Positions 38,680-48,097 of a stretch of 58,314 nucleotides of DNA are shown here, piece by piece. The notes beneath the pieces were generated by a model that was given only the letters and a program-made list of their open reading frames with translations, searched no databases and had not been told where the DNA came from. Numbering within the stretch: position 1 is the first letter of the stretch; each line of letters opens with the position of its first letter. The DNA is from a virus. Where the stretch lies: positions 1 through 58,314 of IMG/VR virus record IMGVR_UViG_3300017694_000094; one strand, 5' to 3'. Both the position numbers and the translations under genes were made by a program.

Positions 38680-39678
38680 TCAGAGCGTCGACACCGCAAC
38701 TTCCAAACGGGCCATCCACAGTTCGTTGAGGATGACGGCGGCGGTCGCGAACTTGTGACCGACCGTACCGCGCTGGCCGAGCGGGTCGCCCTGCGTCGGC
38801 TTCGGGTTCACGACGATCGGCGTCATCGAGTTCATGCCCTTCAGCGGGACGCTCGCGAAAGCATCCATGCCGAAGAAGATGACCGGGTAGACATCCGCCT
38901 GCGCGCCACCGGTGCTGAGAACCGTGCTGCCCGCGGTGCCGCCCGCATTGGCGAACGGCGCGAGATCCGGCGACAGGACGTACCGGACGTTCTCGACCGT
39001 GCCGATCTCCATCGGCGACACGACCGTGCGCTGACCGTACTTCGCCGTGGGGACGAAGCCGGGCAGGTTGCGGATGTCCGACTCCAGATCGGTGTGCGCG
39101 ACCGCGACGAACGCGGCCTCGACGGCGAACGTCTGGTAATTGACGCTCGACCCCAGGATGCGGGTCAACGGCTTGGCCTTCTGCTTGTTCAGGCCACGGA
39201 TCACCGCCCGCTGCTTGTTCAGCGTGATGGGCGTGTTGACCGCCGAGCGCGTCACGCCATTGGCGTAGAACACGTTCGTACCGCCGCGGACCGTCGCGTA
39301 GACGATCTGCTCGACCGTCGCACCGGCCTGTTCGCCGTGCAGCATCACCGCCGTGCGGAGAACGTCGTCCTCGGCCGTCTCGATGATCCAGTCGGAGAAC
39401 TCGGTCACCTGACCGTACTGCTTCACGGTGACGGTCACGTCCTCGTATTGCAGCTTCTGCGGCGTGGGGCTGACGCCCTCGGCCAGCGGCACGGTCGAAA
39501 CCGGGAACGGGATCGGACGACGAAACTTGATCGTCGGCGAACTCTTCGACGGGAGCGGCTTGGTCGCACCCATCTTGGACAGCACCAGCACCGGCTCGAC
39601 GTGCTTGAGCATCTCGCGCTCCGCGTAGACGCCAACGCGCCACGGGATGTCGCCATAAACGGTCGTATCACCAGCCAT
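38680..39678 (-). CDS. major capsid protein (HK97 fold, N4-gp56-like family)
   Basis: 332 aa, following the scaffold-like gene. The C-terminal DPLGQRGTVGHKFATAAVILNELWMARLE resembles the N4-gp56 capsid family as I recall it. Confidence 0.8.
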   Translation of the reverse strand: MAGDTTVYGDIPWRVGVYAEREMLKHVEPVLVLSKMGATKPLPSKSSPTIKFRRPIPFPVSTVPLAEGVSPTPQKLQYEDVTVTVKQYGQVTEFSDWIIETAEDDVLRTAVMLHGEQAGATVEQIVYATVRGGTNVFYANGVTRSAVNTPITLNKQRAVIRGLNKQKAKPLTRILGSSVNYQTFAVEAAFVAVAHTDLESDIRNLPGFVPTAKYGQRTVVSPMEIGTVENVRYVLSPDLAPFANAGGTAGSTVLSTGGAQADVYPVIFFGMDAFASVPLKGMNSMTPIVVNPKPTQGDPLGQRGTVGHKFATAAVILNELWMARLEVAVSTL

Positions 39679-39721
39679 CGTAATTCCCCTTGAGGCGGCG
39701 GCCGATCATACGACCGCGGCC

Positions 39722-40684
39722 CTATCGATTAAGAACAGACCCCTTGGCTTGGGCTTCGCGCCGAGCGTCTAGGGCTTCGAGTCGTTTCCACTCCGCTTCC
39801 GCGTCGGTGGTGGTGCTCGGCGTCGGCACAGTCGTCCGGCTGGTAGGCATCCGGCTCGCCTGCATCTGCGCTTCGCGTCGCGCCGGGAGGGCATCGGGTT
39901 TCGCGGTTGCTTCCTTGTACCGACCGATGATGTCGATCGCCTCGTCAGCGTCCGTGATCTTCTCGGCATTCCGCGCCAGCGCTTCTTGGATCATGCGGGG
40001 CTGGGTCTTCACCCAATCCGCGAAACCCGGCTGCGCCGCGACGGCCTGCCAATCCGAATGCTTCTCCGAAAGCCGCTGCTCTTCGTCCGCATAGTGCCGT
40101 TCTTGGCTTAGCGCGTCGGCTGCCTGTCGCTGCTCGGCCTGCGAGGCCCCTGCTGCGGTCAGATCCGCGACCCGCTTCTCCAGTGCGCCGATCGCGTCCA
40201 GCAGGGGGGCGGCGACATCGGGAAACTCTTCCCGTAGCTGCTGCTTCTGCTCGTCCGTGACGGCTGGCGCTTCCTCTTCCTTCTTCGGTGGAGCGGCCTT
40301 CTCGCGAAGGGCGGCCACTTCGGACATCAGTTCGGCGACACGTCGAGATTCGGCTTGCGCTCGTCCCCCTGCCGATCTGGCTGATTGCTCCCACTTCGCT
40401 CGCTCTGCCTCGAAGGCGGTCTTGAACTCGGGAGGCGCGTTCGCCCAGATGTCGTTCGGTTGGGGTTCGTTACCAGCAGGCGTTGCCGCGGCTGGATCAG
40501 CAGGGGGGCGCGACGCCTGCCCTTGATCGTCCGGTTCGGGGGCGGCTGTCTGATCGTCGGCGGCGGGGGCTTCGTGCTGCCCGCCAGCGTCTGAGGCATC
40601 AAGCCGATCCCACTCTGCCTGGAGATCGTTGCTCTCCTGCTGGAGAGCGTCTGGAGTATCAACCATTCTCGGGCCTTTCGTCAA
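39722..40684 (-). CDS. scaffolding protein candidate
   Basis: 320 aa, acidic/Ala/Gln-rich helical protein between portal and capsid. Confidence 0.6.
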   Translation of the reverse strand: MTKGPRMVDTPDALQQESNDLQAEWDRLDASDAGGQHEAPAADDQTAAPEPDDQGQASRPPADPAAATPAGNEPQPNDIWANAPPEFKTAFEAERAKWEQSARSAGGRAQAESRRVAELMSEVAALREKAAPPKKEEEAPAVTDEQKQQLREEFPDVAAPLLDAIGALEKRVADLTAAGASQAEQRQAADALSQERHYADEEQRLSEKHSDWQAVAAQPGFADWVKTQPRMIQEALARNAEKITDADEAIDIIGRYKEATAKPDALPARREAQMQASRMPTSRTTVPTPSTTTDAEAEWKRLEALDARREAQAKGSVLNR

Positions 40685-40881
40685 GCGGTGTAGTTGGGGG
40701 ATGACGTTGGTTCAGTCCGAGTTGCTTCGGAGACGATCCGCCGCAACTCGCCGATCGCGCCGCGTGCGCGATTGGTCGTGTCGAGGTCGAGCGGGCTTTC
40801 CAACTCGACCTGCAATTCCTTGATGCGCTTCTCGATGCGCTCGGCGAATGCTCGCCATTCGGGATGTGAAGGATCAAACAT
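40681..40881 (-). CDS. small hypothetical protein (66 aa)
   Basis: ORF track. Overlap-coupled on both sides. Confidence 0.5.
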   Translation of the reverse strand: MFDPSHPEWRAFAERIEKRIKELQVELESPLDLDTTNRARGAIGELRRIVSEATRTEPTSSPNYTA

Positions 40882-43139
40882 CAGCCAACCCCCACGCCAA
40901 CGGCTTCGCGCTCGGTGCCGCCCTCGCTGCGCGCAATCGCGGCTCGGCGTTCTTCGACGGCGATGTTGGCCGCGTGGACCCGCTCGCTGCTGTCCGTCTT
41001 CATCTTCTCCTTCGCCAGTTCGGCGTTGACCTGCGCCAGCGTGAGATCGTTCTTCATGGCGTATTCGGCCATCCAGCGTTCGCGGTCCATCTCGGCAAGC
41101 TGTAGTTTCGTCCGGCCGTCTTCCTGCGCGATCTGGAGGCGCGTGGCGTTCGGGTCCGTGCCCTGCTGCGCGGCCTGCTGCGCCGCGGCCATCGCCTGCT
41201 GCTCGGCGGCGATGTTCTGCTCGGCCTTATCCTTGTCGACCAAGATCTCGTCGGGCGGGATCATCATGGTCTGAACGGTCTTCACCAGCGTCTCGCGGAC
41301 CTTCAGGTAATGCTTCAGGACCGGGTGCATCGTCCACTGGTTGGCGATCATCATCAGGTTGATCGACTGCATCTCCTTGACCATCAGCACGGACGTACCG
41401 CGCGCGTCGATCTGCATGTCGCCCTTGACCGAATCGTCGGGGTTGAACTGCATGTTCCAGTCGTAGAACCGCCGGATTGTCGGCGTGGTCATGTCGTCGT
41501 CCCACGCCTTCACGATGCGGCGGAACACGACGTTCGCGCTGTTGAACAGCATCGACGTGGTGCCGACCGGCTGCACGGTCGCGCCCGCCTCGCCCTGAGC
41601 GACCTGCGGCATCGACACTTCCTCGTCGACGAAATCGCGGCCGATTTTGATGATGCCGGCGAGTTCGTTCGAGTTGATCGGGATGTTGAACACCTCGAAC
41701 GGCTTCTGCTGCGTCGCCATCGCGGTCGAGGTCTTCAGCCACACCTTCAGCGGCTTCATGCCCCAATCGCCGTCCTGCGGCACGATGCTGCTCTTATCGA
41801 CCACGACCTGCGGGCCAACCGACAACCCGGAGTTGTCGAGCATCATACGCCACGCGCCGTTGATCGCTTTCGCGCTCGGTCCCATGATGTGCGGAACGCC
41901 GATGCCGAAGATCGACGTTTCGCCTTTGAGGAAGTTGAACACCGAGTAGAGGCTGTCACCGCTGTCGAGCGGCCATTCCTCCGCGATGCGCAGCACCTCG
42001 TCTCCGCAAAAGTGGACGATGACACGGTGATCTTCGAGCGGATCCTTCTCTTCCAGGAACCGCCTCGCATCGTCGGGGCGACCTGCCGCGTCCAGCAGCA
42101 GCGCGATCTCGTCGCACTCCAGCGGGCCGTGGTATTCCCACATGACGTAGCGATCCTTGATCTGCTCGCCTTCGCCGTTGATCGCGCGCAGTTCGGCGAT
42201 ATGCCCGGTGTCGCTCTGGTTCATGCCGAGCGGGCCAAGTTCCAGCAGGCGGCGGACGGCGGCCTTGTTAAAGCCCAGCTTGCGCGCATACTTGCGCAGG
42301 TCGCGCTTCGTCGGGAGCGAGCGCTCAAAGGTGAACTCCGCTTCCTCGATTCGGCGCGCGGACATATCGGGGAAGAAGTGCCACGGGTCGATGCGTATCG
42401 CCTCGGGCTGCGGGTCCGGCAGTTCGGCCATCTCCCACACGCGCTTGCCGGTGTTCTGGTCGTCGTTGCCGCGCCATTCCTTGCGGACGCGGTTCGAGGT
42501 CAGCGGTCCCTTGATGATCCCGGTTCCGAGCCGGCAGGCATCCTCGATCGCGTCGCGCGACTGCGCCACCCACCGCGACTGCACAAGCTGGTCGTCGATC
42601 GCCTCCTGCATGGCGTCGGACGCCTTCTTGGCGGCCTCCATCTCTTCGTTCGTCTGCTTCGCCTTCTGCGCGTAGGCGTTGGCCTGCTCGATCGTGGCGG
42701 CTGCAACGTCCGGCTGCTCGGCCTGCTGCGCGGCATTGGCATCGTCGACCGCTTTCTGAGCGGCCAAGACGGCCTCCTTCGCCGCGGCGGCCAGCTTCGG
42801 CAGCGGCGTAGGCGCGATGCCCCAATTCCGATCATCGGTCGGGAACAGCAAATCGCCCAGGCGGGCGGCCCATGAGTTCGTCTTGGATTGCGTCAGCTTG
42901 AAGTTCGCGGTCGACGCGCCCGCTTTTTTCATGTTGGCGAGGTCGGCCTCGGTATAGTGGCCGAAATACTGGCGCAGATCCTCCAGCCAGCGGAGTTCGA
43001 TCAGCACGCGGCGGCTGACCTGCTCGCGCGCGAGGCTATCCAGCCGGCCGATGATGGGGCGGCAGGCTTCGAGGATTTCGTCCTCGCGCTTCTCCGCATC
43101 CATTTCCTCTACGGCGACCAACGGCCCCTGCATCTGCAT
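40881..43139 (-). CDS. portal protein
   Basis: 752 aa, immediately downstream of the terL nuclease fragment. Called from size and position. Has a C-terminal charged tail. Confidence 0.7.
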   Translation of the reverse strand: MQMQGPLVAVEEMDAEKREDEILEACRPIIGRLDSLAREQVSRRVLIELRWLEDLRQYFGHYTEADLANMKKAGASTANFKLTQSKTNSWAARLGDLLFPTDDRNWGIAPTPLPKLAAAAKEAVLAAQKAVDDANAAQQAEQPDVAAATIEQANAYAQKAKQTNEEMEAAKKASDAMQEAIDDQLVQSRWVAQSRDAIEDACRLGTGIIKGPLTSNRVRKEWRGNDDQNTGKRVWEMAELPDPQPEAIRIDPWHFFPDMSARRIEEAEFTFERSLPTKRDLRKYARKLGFNKAAVRRLLELGPLGMNQSDTGHIAELRAINGEGEQIKDRYVMWEYHGPLECDEIALLLDAAGRPDDARRFLEEKDPLEDHRVIVHFCGDEVLRIAEEWPLDSGDSLYSVFNFLKGETSIFGIGVPHIMGPSAKAINGAWRMMLDNSGLSVGPQVVVDKSSIVPQDGDWGMKPLKVWLKTSTAMATQQKPFEVFNIPINSNELAGIIKIGRDFVDEEVSMPQVAQGEAGATVQPVGTTSMLFNSANVVFRRIVKAWDDDMTTPTIRRFYDWNMQFNPDDSVKGDMQIDARGTSVLMVKEMQSINLMMIANQWTMHPVLKHYLKVRETLVKTVQTMMIPPDEILVDKDKAEQNIAAEQQAMAAAQQAAQQGTDPNATRLQIAQEDGRTKLQLAEMDRERWMAEYAMKNDLTLAQVNAELAKEKMKTDSSERVHAANIAVEERRAAIARSEGGTEREAVGVGVG

Positions 43140-43155
43140 CCTGTTTCCCCAGCCT

Positions 43156-43890
43156 TCAGTTGTAGAGGTTGCGCACCGGCTGTCCTACCAACAATTCGAC
43201 CGGCGGGATAGTGAACCGCGCAAGCGATGTGGGCCGAACGCCGTAGCGCGTCGCGTCCATAAGGTGGTCGTTGCTCTTCACGATGTTGCCGTTCTTGTCG
43301 CGCCGGTAGATCCGGTATTCGGACAGCCAGTTCACACACGACGCGAACACCTTCAGCCGACCGGTCGCCAGCCGCAGGTACATATCGAGGATGCCCGCAT
43401 CGACGCCGTTGTCAGCCGGGACGATATGCAGCCCCAGGTTGAGGTAGACCTGCATCAGCTGCTCGCCGTCGCGCTGGGACCGGCCCTTGGCCGCCGGATC
43501 GATCACACCGCGCAGCCACTCGCCGCGCGCGCGGATCGCCGCGGCGTGCGCGGACGGTTCGGCTTGACCGCGGTAATGCTCGCTGGTGACGTAGAGGATG
43601 TCCTGATCGCGATCCCACGCGAAGAAGGCCGCAGCCGTTCTCTTCCAGCCCACGTCGAGGCCGTAGCCGCGCAGGAAATGCGCAGGGATCTTGAACGGGG
43701 GCACCACGAACTCGCTCTCCGCGATCGGGTAGATCGCGCCCTGCCCGAGCGAAGGGATACCCTTTGAGCGCGCGTCGCGCAGGTGCGGCGGCGTCTCGTT
43801 CAACATCTTCCTCCGCGTTGCCTCGTCGAGATGGGGCACGTCAGCCCATCCCGCCGAGACAAGGTATTTGGATTCGCTGATCTCCGGCAT
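43156..43890 (-). CDS. terL: terminase large subunit, C-terminal nuclease (RNase H-like) fragment
   Basis: KYLVSAGWADVPHLDEATRRKML...SKGIPSLGQGAIYP...GLDVGW...NDHLMDATRYG. Has its own ATG, which overlaps the upstream stop (TGATG 43888-43892). Confidence 0.8.
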   Translation of the reverse strand: MPEISESKYLVSAGWADVPHLDEATRRKMLNETPPHLRDARSKGIPSLGQGAIYPIAESEFVVPPFKIPAHFLRGYGLDVGWKRTAAAFFAWDRDQDILYVTSEHYRGQAEPSAHAAAIRARGEWLRGVIDPAAKGRSQRDGEQLMQVYLNLGLHIVPADNGVDAGILDMYLRLATGRLKVFASCVNWLSEYRIYRRDKNGNIVKSNDHLMDATRYGVRPTSLARFTIPPVELLVGQPVRNLYN

Positions 43891-46187
43891 CAGGGCGCAG
43901 CGTTGGTGGCGTCAGTGCCATCCGGGTTGAATGCCCCGTTATATGAACCGTCGCCCCGCTTGAGAGCGCCGTTCACCTTGGGCGCGAGTGCCGATCGAAC
44001 CCGCGCCTCAATCTGCGCCCATGTCGCATTGGCCCAATCGAACGCTTCCAGAAGCATCGTCGGGTTCGAGGCGAAATGGTTGCTGTAATCGGGCAGGCCG
44101 TTCAGCGTGCCGCCCAGCGCCGTAACCCCGTCGCTCGTGTCGAACACGCCGCCATTGCTGACCTGCCCGTAGAAGATGGACCGGAGCAAGGCGTTCGGCC
44201 CCTGATAGCCGGCCGCGCCTTGGTTCTGATCGGTGCGGGCGGTGAAACTGTTGTTGTTTGCGCCGGGCATCACGTCAATCGTGGTGTCGCGCAGCGGCAC
44301 AACCGGGCGCTGAAGAACGGTCGTGATGTTGCGCATGGTCGACGCCTTGCTTTCCGACACGCCAACAGCGGCGGTGATCGTTCCTGCGATCACGAGGCCG
44401 TTGATATTGTACGTGTTCGCGTGCGCGCCGCTCGTGACGTTCGCGGCCAGCGTGCCGAAAATACCCTGCGCCAGCCCGTCACCGTCAGCCTGAATGCTCC
44501 AGCATCGGTTGAAGGTGGCGACGCAATTCCGGTTCTGCGCGTTCATCTGGAAGGCATCGGCATGGTTCGAGGTCGCGACGCCGCGCACGTCGAGACGATC
44601 CGGCGCGATCCACCGGCAATCGTTGAACGTCCAGATTTCGGTGCCGTCGCCCGTACCGGTGATATCGGCGTTGTCCCAGAAGTGGCGAATCCGCATCCGG
44701 TTGACCGTGACGTTCGTCACCGTGCCAGCGGGATTGTTGTTCGAACCGGCGCAACCCGCGCGCACGAACTCACCGTCGCAATCGTTCAGCGTGACCGTGG
44801 CATTGCCACCGATCGAGAACAGCGGCTTGCTCTTGTTCTGATCGGCGGTCGTGGTGTTCACGTAATAGTAGGTGCGAGTGCCGAAATGCCGGAACCGGTT
44901 GACCGTGACCGCTGACGCGAGGTTGCCGGATCCGTCCAGGCCGATCTGGAAACGCGACACGACGTTCGTCCCGTCGCTGTCGCTCGTCATGAGGTCGTTG
45001 AATGTCACGTTCGAGCAAGAGCGGGCCAGCCATGCCGCCGGCCAACGGACGCGAGCCGTATCGTGAGCGCGGAAGATAGTCGGGTTGGTGAACCGCCACG
45101 TCGCGATCAGCTTGCCCGTTGGCTGCACTGCGACGCCCAGATAGTCCGCGCCGGCCGCGATCTCGATCGTCTTGCCGTCCACACGCGCGCCATAGGTGGT
45201 CGGCACGGCGTTGAAGTTGTCCGCTTGCCCGAGCGTGAACACGTCCGGCAACACGTTGGCAGTGATCGTGCTGACCTCCGTTGACCCGTCCGCGAAAGCC
45301 GCCGTCACTTGGAACACCGCTTGGGTGTCTGGCAGGAAGTTCGCCGCTCCAGTCGCGCTCGGAACGGGCGTCGAGGTGCGCGCGCCCGTCGTCCAGTGCG
45401 CGGGAGTGCCAGGCGAAGGGGCTGCAATCGTCCACGACGTGGGGGCCTCCGCTCCCGTCTTCAGAAGCCCGAGTTCAGGATTCGCCAACGGGACGCCACC
45501 AATGCCGGAAGCTGTCTGCCGCCCGAAGCCATAAGTGACGAACTCGTTCGTTCGGCGTCCGCTGAATACGGCGATCGTTTTCGCATCCGAACTCACCGTC
45601 ACGGTCGCGCCCAGAAGGGCGACCGTGAGGCGGAAGAAGACCGGACGGTTAGCGTCGGCCGACACCGGCGTATAAGCAAGCGCAGTAGGGGCGTCGGCCG
45701 ACGCGAGGACCGTGCCTGTCGTGGCATCAACGAGTTCGCGCTTGGTCGCGAGATAGCCGAGCGGTGGGACGCCATCGCTGAATACCATTGCGACGCCGAC
45801 CTGCGGGGAGCCGACGATGGTCGGAAGCAGGGTGAATACGGGCGTGCTGCCGCCCGAGCGGTACGTTCGACCCGCGGCTATCAATGCGCCAAGCTGCGAT
45901 GCGTCAGGCTGGAAGGGTACGCCAGTCGGCAGGAAGTCGAGACGACCGTTGATCGTGACCGGCACGCGCGACCCGTAGGTTCGCTGGGACAGCAGGATGA
46001 AGCCGTCCGGCACAGTGGTCAGGAACTGCTGCGTCTGGATGTTCAGAGCCTGGAGGGCCGCAACCTCCGCATCGCTCGCGACGTAATCTTCGCCGGTCGG
46101 GATGTAACTGACCCGGCCATTCAGGCCGATCGGTACGCGCGACCCAAAAGGCGAAGCGGCGCGGGGGATGTGGATGGTCGTCGGCAT
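43890..46187 (-). CDS. right-handed beta-helix protein (polysaccharide depolymerase / tailspike-like), 765 aa
   Basis: ATG 46187. Repetitive N/T/G-rich strands (VTVNRFRHF, VTVNRMRIRHF, SNHADAFQMN). Has an N-terminal roughly 55-aa duplication (GSRVPIGLNGRVSYIPTG / GSRVPVTINGRLDFLPTG). Confidence 0.6.
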   Translation of the reverse strand: MPTTIHIPRAASPFGSRVPIGLNGRVSYIPTGEDYVASDAEVAALQALNIQTQQFLTTVPDGFILLSQRTYGSRVPVTINGRLDFLPTGVPFQPDASQLGALIAAGRTYRSGGSTPVFTLLPTIVGSPQVGVAMVFSDGVPPLGYLATKRELVDATTGTVLASADAPTALAYTPVSADANRPVFFRLTVALLGATVTVSSDAKTIAVFSGRRTNEFVTYGFGRQTASGIGGVPLANPELGLLKTGAEAPTSWTIAAPSPGTPAHWTTGARTSTPVPSATGAANFLPDTQAVFQVTAAFADGSTEVSTITANVLPDVFTLGQADNFNAVPTTYGARVDGKTIEIAAGADYLGVAVQPTGKLIATWRFTNPTIFRAHDTARVRWPAAWLARSCSNVTFNDLMTSDSDGTNVVSRFQIGLDGSGNLASAVTVNRFRHFGTRTYYYVNTTTADQNKSKPLFSIGGNATVTLNDCDGEFVRAGCAGSNNNPAGTVTNVTVNRMRIRHFWDNADITGTGDGTEIWTFNDCRWIAPDRLDVRGVATSNHADAFQMNAQNRNCVATFNRCWSIQADGDGLAQGIFGTLAANVTSGAHANTYNINGLVIAGTITAAVGVSESKASTMRNITTVLQRPVVPLRDTTIDVMPGANNNSFTARTDQNQGAAGYQGPNALLRSIFYGQVSNGGVFDTSDGVTALGGTLNGLPDYSNHFASNPTMLLEAFDWANATWAQIEARVRSALAPKVNGALKRGDGSYNGAFNPDGTDATNAAP

Positions 46188-46194
46188 GGCTACC

Positions 46195-46782
46195 TCAACG
46201 GTTCGCTTGCGTGGCGGGGAGAGAAAGGGCGAAAACCTGCGTACCGGTCGCGGCTGCAACTTCCACCGCCGCGCCAAGAATACTGATCGAGGCGACCGAC
46301 TGAACACAGGTCGCGCCGGTGAAGCCAGTATTGGTCGTGGACGTGACCTTGCACTTCACGCCCGGCGCACCGGTTGCACCGATCGCCGTGAAGAACATGG
46401 GGTAACTGGCCGCGCCCGCCGGCAGGGGAGCGGGGTTGCCGGCGCTATCCAGCCATGCGCAGGTCGTCGACCCGCCGCACAGAATCGCGCCGCCAGCGCT
46501 GACCGTGAAGATTCCGGTCCGGCTGATGCGGTTGTCAGCCGCGTTGACCAAGCGGCAGTTCGTGCCGCTGCCGGTGGTGCCCCCTGGCACTTCGGTCGGC
46601 GGGACCACTGCCATAGGCTGGCACGCGGCAGCGGCGGCGGCGGCGGCGGCATCCGCCTTGGCAACGGCTGCGTCGATTGTCTGCTGTACCGACGAGGGCA
46701 CAACGACGACAGGCGGGTAGGTTGTTTGCGCTGCGGCCGGGGCGGCGAACAGCGCGACGAGGGATGCGAATAGGTAGCGCAT
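46195..46782 (-). CDS. secreted Cys-containing protein (Sec signal peptide)
   Basis: MRYLFASLVALFAAPAAAQ followed by a mature region with 6 Cys. Confidence 0.6.
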   Translation of the reverse strand: MRYLFASLVALFAAPAAAQTTYPPVVVVPSSVQQTIDAAVAKADAAAAAAAAACQPMAVVPPTEVPGGTTGSGTNCRLVNAADNRISRTGIFTVSAGGAILCGGSTTCAWLDSAGNPAPLPAGAASYPMFFTAIGATGAPGVKCKVTSTTNTGFTGATCVQSVASISILGAAVEVAAATGTQVFALSLPATQANR

Positions 46783-46785
46783 GGA

Positions 46786-47919
46786 TCAGGACTCCACGAT
46801 GTAGCCGATGGGCGTAGCGGCTTGCCCGCAGACCATAAAGACTGGCGCAGCAGTGTTCATGGTATGCGTTGCGCCCGCCGTCGCCTGAAGCGGGTAGCCG
46901 GTGGTGGTCGTGACACCGCTCGGTCCGATGTAGCATTTCACAGCCGCATCGACGGTGATCGTCAGTCGGCCGCGCCCGGCCTGCGCCGCAACGATTTGGG
47001 TTGCCGTGGTGCCGACCGACACCTGCCCGCTGGTCAGCGTCGCCGTTCCCTTGGCGACCACGTACTGGCCGGTGGTGTCACCGCGCATCCGGTCCCATGT
47101 CGCACCATTGAACACCAGTCCCTGCCCGACGACGTACATGCCATTTGTCGAGGCGGTAGCATCCACCAGTGATGCACCAGCGACCTGCGCCTGCAAACCG
47201 CTGGTGCCGCCGATCGCAGTGTACAGCAGACCGCGTGACGTAAACTGCGCCTGCACCCGCTGCCCTGCACTGTACGCGGGAAGAGTCGTAACGAATGCTC
47301 CACCAATTGGAACAGGGTTCCCAGTTTGCGCCACGCCATCAGCGACCGTTCCTCCCGCGATCACGGAGCCTAGCGCGTTGGTGCCCGCCGGAAGCGGCTG
47401 TTCGAGGACAGTCGCGAGGCGACCATTGCTATCGCACCGCATCGAACCGGTCCACATATCAGACCATGTGACGGGCGAAGCGCGGTACTGGCACCCGACA
47501 ATATCGGCGGTGGTCGTGGTGGCGGGCATCGGGCCGGGCGGGAGCGGCGCATGGCTGCTCAACCCAACCTTCAGGCGGCCGGTCGAGGTAAGCGTGAGCG
47601 GCTGCGTGGTGCCAACCGTGTACGCCTGATCGCCGGACACAACTGCGGCCTGCGTCAGCCCGCCCGACTGGCCCGCCGTGGTCGATCCCTGCGCCACCGC
47701 GCTGGAACCGCCGCCACCGCCGGCAGGATCGATCACCGTCCCGTCAGCGCGGATCGGAACGACCGCCTCGACCTGAGCGATGTTGCCGTCTGCGGTGGTG
47801 ACCGCAACGCGGCCGGGGCGGCCGGGCGCGCGGTCGTCCGTTCGGACAACGGTCTGCGCGATGGATGCGGCTGGTACGGCCAAGGCGGTGACCGCCAATA
47901 GCAGGCGACGGAACTTCAT
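46786..47919 (-). CDS. secreted protein (Sec signal peptide), 377 aa
   Basis: ATG 47919 lies behind GGGAGA. Starts MKFRRLLLAVTALAVPAASIAQ, then a beta-rich Gly/Thr/Ala sequence. Confidence 0.6.
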   Translation of the reverse strand: MKFRRLLLAVTALAVPAASIAQTVVRTDDRAPGRPGRVAVTTADGNIAQVEAVVPIRADGTVIDPAGGGGGSSAVAQGSTTAGQSGGLTQAAVVSGDQAYTVGTTQPLTLTSTGRLKVGLSSHAPLPPGPMPATTTTADIVGCQYRASPVTWSDMWTGSMRCDSNGRLATVLEQPLPAGTNALGSVIAGGTVADGVAQTGNPVPIGGAFVTTLPAYSAGQRVQAQFTSRGLLYTAIGGTSGLQAQVAGASLVDATASTNGMYVVGQGLVFNGATWDRMRGDTTGQYVVAKGTATLTSGQVSVGTTATQIVAAQAGRGRLTITVDAAVKCYIGPSGVTTTTGYPLQATAGATHTMNTAAPVFMVCGQAATPIGYIVES

Positions 47920-48097
47920 GCTGATCTCCCTAGCGCACCCCGCGCGCAGGGGTATCACGACCAACCCGGTTCCGCTATATCCGATTCGCCCTCTCCTACG
48001 GACGCAGTTACCTAGCGCGGCGGTCGCGGCCCTCTCCCCCCTCAGTGACCGCCGCGCCCTCTTTCATTACCGGCCATTATCGGTTATTACCGGCGCG

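Noticed and set aside
41310-42875. 521-aa plus-strand ORF antisense to the portal gene
   Set aside because: Low-complexity Arg/Leu/Asp composition, while the minus-strand frame gives a normal protein in the expected portal position. Shadow ORF.
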